Source of the DNA: an uncultured Rikenellaceae bacterium
Lineage (GTDB): Bacteria; Bacteroidota; Bacteroidia; Bacteroidales; VadinHA17
DNA length: 64,000 nucleotides
Assembly: GCA_964383915.1 (NCBI GenBank)
Contig: CAYLJE010000001.1
Coordinates: 1,893 to 65,892, forward strand
Reading direction: 5' to 3'
Shown here: positions 20,800 through 28,443 of the stretch, in pieces
Layout: every line of letters begins with the position of its first letter
How positions within the stretch are numbered: the stretch's first letter is position 1
Translations under genes and position numbers: made by a program
Notes under the pieces: generated by a model
Told to the model about the DNA's origin: nothing
The model's input: only the letters and a program-made list of their open reading frames with translations
Database searches by the model: none

Positions 20800-23478
20800 A
20801 TGAATAATAAATACGGGTTCTTACTTTCAATACTGTTTGTTTTTTTATTTTTTATCAGTGCCTGTGATTCCGGACATCTGATCAGAGACACTCATTACAG
20901 GCAATTGGTGCAGAAGGAGTTTAAGAAAGTCAGGGTACTTGCTTCTGCACGTCAACAGGAATTGTTCGGTGTTTTTTCTGAAAATCTGACAAAACAGGAA
21001 AGAGAGGGACTGTTATTTTTATATGCTTTTATGCCGCTGAATGATCTGGCAGAATATTCCGGTGATTTTTTTCTGAGGCACGTGAAGGCTTCCATACGGT
21101 CTCAAAAAGAAATGCCCTGGGGGAAGAATATCCCTGATGATATATTCCTGCATTATGTATTACCTTACCGGGTAAATAATGAAAACCCGGATTCATTCAG
21201 AATAGTATATTACGATGAGATTGCCCGGCGTATAAAAGGTCTCACCATGAAAGAAGCGGCGTTGGAGATTAATCACTGGTGCCACGAAAAGGTTGCTTAC
21301 CAGCCGGCTGACATACGTACATCTTCCCCCATGAATACAGTAAAAAATGCAAGGGGTCGTTGCGGGGAAGAATCTACTTTTACGGTGGCTGCATTACGAA
21401 CAGCCGGGATTCCTGCCCGGCAGGTATATGTTCCCCGGTGGGCACATTCTGATGATAACCATGCCTGGGTTGAAGTCTGGGTTGATGGACAGTGGCATTA
21501 TATGGGGGCTTGTGAACCAGAGCCTGCTTTGGATATGGGTTGGTTTACCGAGCCGGCCAGACGCGCTATGCTTATACATACCAAAGCTTTCGGAGCTTAT
21601 TTCGGGAATGAACCGGTGGTACGTAAAGCTGAGAAATATGCTGTAATCAATACATTACATAGATATGCGGAGACAAAAACACTGGTTGTTAAAGTACAGG
21701 ACAGAACGGGCGCCTGTGTACCACAGGCTTCGGTAGCATTTCAATTATATAACTATGCCGAATTTTATCCATTGGCTATCTTGCCTGCCGATACTTCCGG
21801 GATAGTTACTTTTACCACCGGATTGGGAGACCTGTTGGTGTGGGCCCATAAAGGAGATCGTTTTGGTTACGGGAAAGTGACTGTATCAGAATCAGATACC
21901 TTTTTAGTTACACTAAACGGAGAATTGGGCAGGGAATATACAGTGAACCTTGATATGATCCCCCCGACTCAAAAGAAACCTTTGCCTGTGCCGACAGCAG
22001 GGCGAGATGAAAATGCTATTCGCCTGAAAACAGAGGATTCAATCCGTCTGGCTTATACGGCAACATTTTTTGACTCTGCCAAAGCCTGTACCTGGGCTGA
22101 AAAAAAACAATTTCCCCCGGAACGTACCTGGCCGCTTCTGGTTAAAAGTATGGGGAATTTTCCGGAGATCACCAGCTTCCTGAGCAAAATCCCTGATACA
22201 CTTAGGGAAAGAGCGCTAACGCTGCTAGAAAAAGTCTCTGCCAAAGATTTGCGGGATGCTCAGGCTGCGGTGCTTTATGATCATTTGATACATGCTGCTG
22301 ATTTCGCCGGAGGACTGGAAGAAAGTGATCCTGAACGATTCAATGACGATGTTCTTGCACCCCGTGTTGATAATGAACAACTGACGGCTTACCGTTCCTT
22401 TTTTATACGTGTTTTTTCCGGAGAACAGGTGGATATATTCAGAAAAAATCCGGAGAGACTGGTGAACTGGATAAATCAGCATATACGGTTGGATGATGCA
22501 GACAATTATTATGATGTACCCCTGACGCCACCGGGTGTTTTTTCTTTGAGATATACTGACCGTCATTCCAGAAAAATATTTTTCGTGTCTGTTTGCAGGA
22601 CGTTTGGAGTGCCGGCACGGATTGAAACAGCAAGAGAGGTGCCGCAATACTGGATCAAGGATCAGTGGAAAGATGTGTTTTTTGAAGGAGATCAGGTGCT
22701 GCCGGGAAAAACAGCATCGCTGAATTTGGAATATGAGGGACAGGAGAAGAGCATACCGCAATATTATAGTCAGTTTACACTGGCTCGTTTTGAGGAAGGT
22801 CAATATCATACATTGCCGTTTCCTTATTTTTTAAAAGTCACTGATTTCCCCCTTCCTTTAAAGATTGATCCTGGAAATTATATGTTGGTAACCGGAAATC
22901 GAAAAAGCGATGGAAGTGTGCTGGCATCGCTGCATTTCTTTCAGATCAAAGAGAGAGAGGCAAAGAAAGTAAAGGTGTTTATCAGAAAAAGTTTTGATAC
23001 ATTGAAAAGTTGGGGAAAACTACCTGTGGAAGCATCCCCAAAGATTTGGAAAACGGGAAAAGATACCCTGTTGATGGAGTTGACCCACGGGAAGGGTTTG
23101 ATCTTATGTTGGATAAATCCGCAGCAAGAGCCCAGCCGGCATATAATGAATGAGATACCTGATGTCTTGCCCGGTATTCAGGCCTGGGGCGGCAGCCTGG
23201 TTTTTTTGCTAACGAATGACAAACAGACAGAATCTTTTTCACCTGCTAATTATAAAGAGCTTTCAAAGAATGCCGTATTCGTGTTGGATAAGCAGGGGAC
23301 TATACTCCGTCTGGTCAGGGAACAATACGGAAAAACCGGCGGTATAAACCTGCCGGTAATGGTAGTAGCAGATGGTTCTGGAAACCTAATAGATTATATG
23401 GAAGGCTACCACATCGGCATAGGAGACCACCTGATAAGAGTTGTTCAATCCTTAGGGACAATGTCTGATAAACAATGA
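20800..23478 (+). CDS. transglutaminase-core (PNGase-like) lipoprotein with a C-terminal thioredoxin-like domain lacking CxxC
   Basis: It has a lipobox (FFISAC) and the core RGRCGEESTF...NHAWVEVWVDGQWHYMGACE. The C-terminal LILCWINPQQEPS...VFVLDKQG...VADGSGN layout looks like a TlpA-type fold. Confidence 0.7.
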   Translation: MNNKYGFLLSILFVFLFFISACDSGHLIRDTHYRQLVQKEFKKVRVLASARQQELFGVFSENLTKQEREGLLFLYAFMPLNDLAEYSGDFFLRHVKASIRSQKEMPWGKNIPDDIFLHYVLPYRVNNENPDSFRIVYYDEIARRIKGLTMKEAALEINHWCHEKVAYQPADIRTSSPMNTVKNARGRCGEESTFTVAALRTAGIPARQVYVPRWAHSDDNHAWVEVWVDGQWHYMGACEPEPALDMGWFTEPARRAMLIHTKAFGAYFGNEPVVRKAEKYAVINTLHRYAETKTLVVKVQDRTGACVPQASVAFQLYNYAEFYPLAILPADTSGIVTFTTGLGDLLVWAHKGDRFGYGKVTVSESDTFLVTLNGELGREYTVNLDMIPPTQKKPLPVPTAGRDENAIRLKTEDSIRLAYTATFFDSAKACTWAEKKQFPPERTWPLLVKSMGNFPEITSFLSKIPDTLRERALTLLEKVSAKDLRDAQAAVLYDHLIHAADFAGGLEESDPERFNDDVLAPRVDNEQLTAYRSFFIRVFSGEQVDIFRKNPERLVNWINQHIRLDDADNYYDVPLTPPGVFSLRYTDRHSRKIFFVSVCRTFGVPARIETAREVPQYWIKDQWKDVFFEGDQVLPGKTASLNLEYEGQEKSIPQYYSQFTLARFEEGQYHTLPFPYFLKVTDFPLPLKIDPGNYMLVTGNRKSDGSVLASLHFFQIKEREAKKVKVFIRKSFDTLKSWGKLPVEASPKIWKTGKDTLLMELTHGKGLILCWINPQQEPSRHIMNEIPDVLPGIQAWGGSLVFLLTNDKQTESFSPANYKELSKNAVFVLDKQGTILRLVREQYGKTGGINLPVMVVADGSGNLIDYMEGYHIGIGDHLIRVVQSLGTMSDKQ

Positions 23479-23548
23479 ATTTTTATCCGGCTGATTTTTA
23501 TATCATGATAACTTTGATCTCGAAATATATAATTAAACAAGAATTGTA

Positions 23549-25813
23549 ATGAAAACAATAATGCAGACAATAGGATTATTTACAATAATCTTTATTTCAT
23601 CTTGTGTGACGAACCATCAAACCACGGAAGACCTCACGGCTTATGTGGATCCGTTTATTGGCACCGGAGGTCATGGTCACACTTTCCCGGGGGCGGTGTT
23701 GCCTTTTGGCGGGGTACAGCTAAGTCCTGATAACGGACGCAGCGGATGGGACTGGTGTTCGGGTTACCATATTTCCGATACTATGATTGCCGGTTTCAGT
23801 CATTTACACCTGAGTGGTACCGGGATAGGCGACTTGTGTGATATCCTGGTTCTCCCGGCCACAGATACTTTTCCGGATGACACGACCGGCGGAGGAATAA
23901 ATTTTATGAAACCCCACTGGTCATCTTTTTCACATACAAATGAGCATGCCGAACCAGGGTATTATTCTGTTTTCCTGGAAAAGCCGGATGTATTAGCCGA
24001 GTTAACTGTGTCCGAGCGGACAGGTTTTCACCGGTACACATTCCATAAGTCCGGAAAAGGAAATGTTGTTTTCGATCTGGGTTTTCATATTAACTGGGAT
24101 CATCCTGTTAATACCATGATCCGGGTAGATTCTACCGGGTTGGTTACAGGATACAGGATGTCAGAAGGATGGGCTCACGATCAAAGGGTCTATTTTGCTG
24201 CCAGGTTTTCCCGGGCATTCAGCAACTTTATCCCGGTTGTCGGTGGAAAGAAAACAGAAGACAATAAAGTGCAGGGAACAAATGTGCAGGGAGTTTTTGT
24301 TTTTGATGATGCCGCCTCGTCACCGGTCTTATTAAAAGTAGGCATTTCCTCGGCAGATATCAGAGGCGCGATAAAAAATCTTGAAGAAATCCCCGGGTGG
24401 GATTTTGACCGTGTCAGGAAACTTGCACATGATGCCTGGTCCGGGGAACTGGCAAAGATTCGAATACAAACTCCGGATACAACTTGCAAGAAGATATTTT
24501 ATACAGCGCTGTACCATACTATGATGGCTCCTTCCCTTTACTCTGATGCGCAGGGGAATTATAAAGGGGTGGATGGGAAAATCCATCATAGTGGGAAATA
24601 TCCGCGTTATACAGTATACTCATTGTGGGATACTTACCGTGCCGAACATCCACTGTTGACATTGATACAGAAAGATCGCCTGAATGGGATACTGGGCTCA
24701 ATGATGAGTTTTTACCGGGAGTATGGTCTCTTGCCTGTATGGGCACTCATGGGAAATGAGACCAACACCATGGTAGGATACCATGCTATCCCTGTTTTGG
24801 CAGATGCTTATGCCAAAGGATTGTTGAAAGAAGATCCGGACACAGTGTTCCAAGCCATGAAAAAATCATCCATGACAGACATTGAAGGGTTACGTTACGT
24901 CCGTGAACGAGGCTATATCCCGGCCGATAAAGAGAAACATTCCGTTTCCAAAGGCCTGGAATATGCCATTGATGACTGGTGTATTGCAGATATGGCCAGA
25001 CGGTTAGGGAAAAAAGAAGATTATAAATATTATTTAAAGCGTGCTGGCTATTATAAGAACTATTTTGATCCACAAACGCATTTTATGCGGGGGAAAATGT
25101 CTGACGGCACCTGGCGGACACCTTTTAATCCTTTGTTCTCCAGTCATGCAAGTTTTGATTATACAGAAGGAAATGCCTGGCAATATACCTGGCTTGTTCC
25201 ACAGGATGTGCAGGGGTTGATCACCCTGATGGGAGGACGTGAAGCTTTTATACAAAAGCTGGATACGCTGTTTACACTTGATAAACCGGTAGAAGGGGAA
25301 AATGCTTCCCCTGATATATCAGGCCTGATAGGACAATATGCCCATGGAAATGAACCCAGCCATCATATTGCTTACATGTATGATTATGCCGGTGCTCCCT
25401 GGAAAACGCAACAACGGGTAAGGCAGATACTAACGACTCTTTATTTTGATGATCCCAATGGCCTGAGCGGAAATGAAGATTGTGGTCAGATGTCTGCCTG
25501 GTTTGTACTAAGCAGCCTGGGGTTTTATCAGGAAAATCCGGCAGATGGAAATTATGTCTTTGGAAGTCCCCTCTTTAACAAAGCAGAGATACAGGTGGGC
25601 CACGGACGTACATTTACTATTATTACCCGCAACAACAGCCCGGAAAATATGTATATCCGGCAGGTAACCCTCAACGGAAAAATCCTGAAAAGAACGTATG
25701 TTACTTATCGGGAAATTAACAACGGAGGTACTCTGATGTTTGAGATGTCATCCAAACCGGTAAAGACCTGGGGACACGATCCTTCCTGGGCTCCTCCGTC
25801 AATGACTCATTAG
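23549..25813 (+). CDS. GH92 family alpha-mannosidase, lipoprotein
   Basis: It has a lipobox (FISSC) plus VDPFIGTGGHGHTFPGA, AHGNEPSHH and NEDCGQMSAW, which are hallmark GH92 motifs. Confidence 0.92.
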   Translation: MKTIMQTIGLFTIIFISSCVTNHQTTEDLTAYVDPFIGTGGHGHTFPGAVLPFGGVQLSPDNGRSGWDWCSGYHISDTMIAGFSHLHLSGTGIGDLCDILVLPATDTFPDDTTGGGINFMKPHWSSFSHTNEHAEPGYYSVFLEKPDVLAELTVSERTGFHRYTFHKSGKGNVVFDLGFHINWDHPVNTMIRVDSTGLVTGYRMSEGWAHDQRVYFAARFSRAFSNFIPVVGGKKTEDNKVQGTNVQGVFVFDDAASSPVLLKVGISSADIRGAIKNLEEIPGWDFDRVRKLAHDAWSGELAKIRIQTPDTTCKKIFYTALYHTMMAPSLYSDAQGNYKGVDGKIHHSGKYPRYTVYSLWDTYRAEHPLLTLIQKDRLNGILGSMMSFYREYGLLPVWALMGNETNTMVGYHAIPVLADAYAKGLLKEDPDTVFQAMKKSSMTDIEGLRYVRERGYIPADKEKHSVSKGLEYAIDDWCIADMARRLGKKEDYKYYLKRAGYYKNYFDPQTHFMRGKMSDGTWRTPFNPLFSSHASFDYTEGNAWQYTWLVPQDVQGLITLMGGREAFIQKLDTLFTLDKPVEGENASPDISGLIGQYAHGNEPSHHIAYMYDYAGAPWKTQQRVRQILTTLYFDDPNGLSGNEDCGQMSAWFVLSSLGFYQENPADGNYVFGSPLFNKAEIQVGHGRTFTIITRNNSPENMYIRQVTLNGKILKRTYVTYREINNGGTLMFEMSSKPVKTWGHDPSWAPPSMTH

Positions 25814-25874
25814 TTTTTCATTCATTTTATAGGTTTGTTTGTGGTTTTATAGTTGTGTTTCATTATTGAAATTA

Positions 25875-25988
25875 GTTTGAATTGATAGTGTTTATCTAAA
25901 ATATTTAATAATTTTTGTGAGATTATAATTATTTTATTTATTTTTAGGAACTTAAACTCGTATGAAGATTCTGTTTGATTTGATAGTT
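25875..25988. repeat. two copies of a 16-bp direct repeat, GTTTGAwTTGATAGTk
   Basis: gtttgaattgatagtg (25875-25890) and gtttgatttgatagtt (25973-25988) match at 14 of 16 positions. They lie 98 bp apart in the AT-rich spacer upstream of the ORF at 26051. Confidence 0.4.
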
Positions 25989-26050
25989 CGCGTTCTAAAC
26001 CAATGTATTGTTTAATTATTTACTAGTTTATTTAATAATCTTTTTATCAA

Positions 26051-26590
26051 ATGAATAATTTATCTTTATCATTATCCAAAGAAGAAAAAGCCGAAATGAT
26101 CCAGTTTTATGAGGAAGAACTTGATAAGACAGTAAGGCGGTTGGAACATATTAAGTCTGTTTTGGAAAAACTGGAACCCGGTTCTGTAAGTATTGATGTG
26201 CATGTGGAGGCCGAGATTAAGTCTGTTGGTAAAACGAAGACTTATACTGAGAAAAAAGAACTTTCTGCCCAAAAGAAATCAAAACGTAAAAGAAAACCGG
26301 GACCTAAAGCTATCTGGGGAAATTATATATTGAAACGTCTCCGCCAGTTGGATCGTCCGGTTACTTATTCCGAGTTGATCCAGGATGCTCTTTTGTTTTT
26401 TAAACTTCCGCCTACCAGGAAAGATACTGTCCGTCAGGCAATTATGAACAGTGCTTTCCGACTGAGAAATAAACAGGACAAGGTCAATACCTTTAGAAAA
26501 AAAGGTACTAAAGAGAAGTACATTGGTTTAAAAAAATGGTTTGACGCTGAGGGAAAATTACTTTCCGAATACCTGAAAAAGATTGCATAA
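26051..26590 (+). CDS. hypothetical basic protein (coiled-coil N-terminus, KKSKRKRKPGPK linker, winged-helix/HARE-HTH-like C-terminus)
   Basis: This is a clean 179-aa ORF with protein-like composition. The C-terminal pattern ILKRLRQLDRPVTYSELIQ...KYIGLKKW resembles HARE-HTH domains, judged from memory. Confidence 0.5.
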   Translation: MNNLSLSLSKEEKAEMIQFYEEELDKTVRRLEHIKSVLEKLEPGSVSIDVHVEAEIKSVGKTKTYTEKKELSAQKKSKRKRKPGPKAIWGNYILKRLRQLDRPVTYSELIQDALLFFKLPPTRKDTVRQAIMNSAFRLRNKQDKVNTFRKKGTKEKYIGLKKWFDAEGKLLSEYLKKIA

Positions 26591-27222
26591 GTTTTTCTTG
26601 ATTGTTTTATTGCTGTCCGGATGTCGTCAGGATGTATTTCAGCCCGAAAACAACTCGGTTTGGGTGGATTCTTTCATCGGTACAGCACGCTTTGGAAATA
26701 CCTTTCCCGGAACTACCGTACCTTTTGGCTTTATTCAGCTTTCCCCGAATACTCCCCATATTGGAATACACAGATACCGCTTTCCTGCAACGAAAGAACA
26801 ATATGCTGATTGACTTGAGCCATGGGGCTAAAACAGTGAATGCTTATTTACGCATCGTGAATCAAACTGAAATAGAAGGATATCGTTTTTCTTCCGGATG
26901 GGCCAAAAACGAAAAGATATTTTTTGTGGCTCGTTTTTCAAAGCCTTTTGAATATGCTATTCTATCCAAAAACAAACACTGCAGGAACGGACGGGACCAT
27001 GTCCGGGGAGCGGGGAATATGCCATCGTTGTTCCTATTGTTAAAAAAGCAACCATTGATTCGGGTGAAAGGAAAAACGGACGAGGGAAATTTTGTGCATG
27101 CGGTTCTTTTTAACGGCAAACCGCTGGAAAAACCTTTTGTCAGACATCATCAGTTAATGCAGGGAGGACATTTGATTTTTATAATGGGGAAAAAACCCAA
27201 TCCGCTGTGGATAAAACGATGA
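26583..27222 (+). pseudogene. GH92 alpha-mannosidase remnant (internal deletions plus a frameshift)
   Basis: Frame A (26583-26813) reads lipobox-VDSFIGTARFGNTFPGTTVPFGFIQLSPN then jumps to GIHRYRF. Frame B (to 27222) reads IEGYRFSSGWAKNEKIFFVARFSKPF, then jumps to the GH92 C-terminal end (VLFNGKPLEKPFVRHHQLMQGGHLIFIM). Each segment parallels the intact GH92 at 23549-25813, but only about 0.64 kb of about 2.26 kb remains. Confidence 0.75.
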
Positions 27223-27231
27223 TTAATTTCT

Positions 27232-27239
27232 TATTTTTG
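27232..27239 (+). promoter_or_regulatory. Bacteroidota -7 box (TATTTTTG) for the LytTR gene
   Basis: It is a perfect TAnnTTTG match 44 nt upstream of the ATG at 27283. Confidence 0.45.
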
Positions 27240-27282
27240 CAGAGAAAGAAATAGTCTGTTAATGCACTGGAAAAAATGAGGT

Positions 27283-28137
27283 ATGTCTGAATTCTTTAAT
27301 TTTTTAAAAAAATCCTATCCCTTTACTGACGATCTGAAACAGAATACAAAATTGATTTTTGTGATCAGTTTGGTGATTTTTATGGTTTTATATTTTTTCC
27401 AGCCATTTGATCTTAAATCAATATCCACAGAAGATAAATATTTCCTGATAGGAGGATTGATCGTTGTGGTTTTTCTTGCTCTAAGTGTAAATCTTTTACT
27501 GATGCCTGCTTTTTTATCACAAACCAGTTTATTTAAAAACTGGAATGTTTTAAAAGAGATTCTTTGGAACATATGGATAATGTTTACCATAGTTATTGGA
27601 TATTATATTTATTTCCGGCTGACCGGTTCTTTTTATTTTAGTTTTTTTGTTTTGATAAAAGTATTGATAATTAGCGCTATTCCGGTTAGTATATCAATTC
27701 CATACAACCGAAACCGGTTACTCAGAAAACACTTGCATTCTGCCCTGGAGCTTAGCAGATACCTTGAGAATAAATCAAATCCCAAACCCAAAATAGTCCA
27801 TCTTAAATCAGATTATGAAAAAGATGATCTTTCCATAGATGTAGAAACACTGTTATTTATTCGTTCAGCAAATAACTATATAGAAGTTTTCTGGGAAGAG
27901 GAAAATGGAACAAAATCCAGGATGGTAAGATGCACTTTACTACATGCTGAAAAAACATTCGGCAATTTTCCTTATATTTTTAAATGTCATCGCACTTATA
28001 TTGTAAACATCAATCAGGTAAGCAGGGTGGAAGGTAGTTCACAGGGTTATATCCTTTATGTCGGATCCGACCATAATAAAGTAATGGTATCCAGGACCTA
28101 CATTCCCAGATTCAAAGAATTATTTTATAAGATATAA
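27283..28137 (+). CDS. membrane-anchored LytTR-family DNA-binding protein
   Basis: About four N-terminal transmembrane helices are followed by a C-terminal LytTR domain (LLFIRSANNYIEVF...CHRTYIVNINQV). There is no receiver domain. Confidence 0.85.
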   Translation: MSEFFNFLKKSYPFTDDLKQNTKLIFVISLVIFMVLYFFQPFDLKSISTEDKYFLIGGLIVVVFLALSVNLLLMPAFLSQTSLFKNWNVLKEILWNIWIMFTIVIGYYIYFRLTGSFYFSFFVLIKVLIISAIPVSISIPYNRNRLLRKHLHSALELSRYLENKSNPKPKIVHLKSDYEKDDLSIDVETLLFIRSANNYIEVFWEEENGTKSRMVRCTLLHAEKTFGNFPYIFKCHRTYIVNINQVSRVEGSSQGYILYVGSDHNKVMVSRTYIPRFKELFYKI

Positions 28138-28217
28138 CCTTATTTTGCCTTGAACGACGGGAGAGATGATTTTCTGAAGGTGAAGCCATCCTTTTTCTCT
28201 GCAAAATAAAGCAGGGA

Positions 28218-28250
28218 GGGACCGGTTTCTCCGGTTCCGATAGCTGATTT
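28218..28250 (+). terminator. candidate terminator hairpin downstream of the LytTR gene
   Basis: The stem gggaccgg/ccggttcc has 8 pairs including one G-U, with a 5-nt loop. A TTTT run lies 9 nt downstream. Confidence 0.35.
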
Positions 28251-28310
28251 TAAGAAAAAAATGTTTCCCCTTCCCTGTCATTTTATTCCTTCAACATGAA
28301 ACAGACTTGT

Positions 28311-28381
28311 TATTCATCCCTTTTTTTATGCATTTCATCCCTGTAAATGTCATTTATCCCTTCTTTACGACATTTAGACCT
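28311..28381 (+). promoter_or_regulatory. phased array of four CATTTcATCCCT-like boxes (20-bp register)
   Basis: Units start at 28311 (tattcatccct), 28331 (catttcatccct), 28351 (catttatccct) and 28371 (catttagacct). A weaker fifth copy, TTATTCCT, sits at 28283-28290. The array ends about 29 nt before the -7 box at 28410. Confidence 0.4.
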
Positions 28382-28409
28382 TTAGTTTTTTTTTCCTTCC
28401 ACAAAGACA

Positions 28410-28417
28410 TATTTTTG
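28410..28417 (+). promoter_or_regulatory. Bacteroidota -7 box (TATTTTTG) for the nitronate monooxygenase-like gene
   Basis: It is a perfect TAnnTTTG match 27 nt upstream of the ATG at 28444. Confidence 0.5.
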
Positions 28418-28443
28418 TTTGCATTAATAATAATAATTTTAAC

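Noticed and set aside
22225-22809. 194-aa minus-strand ORF inside the transglutaminase-core gene
   Set aside because: It is antisense to a frame with clear domain motifs, and it has no promoter or start context. It is a typical shadow ORF. The same reasoning applies to 16061-16519, 16516-16908, 42947-43543, 45486-45959, 47747-48238, 53162-53662 and 60349-60927.
26602-27222. 206-aa ORF that could be called a hypothetical protein
   Set aside because: Its translation is a patchwork of GH92 segments collinear with the intact neighbour, so I treated it as part of the GH92 pseudogene.
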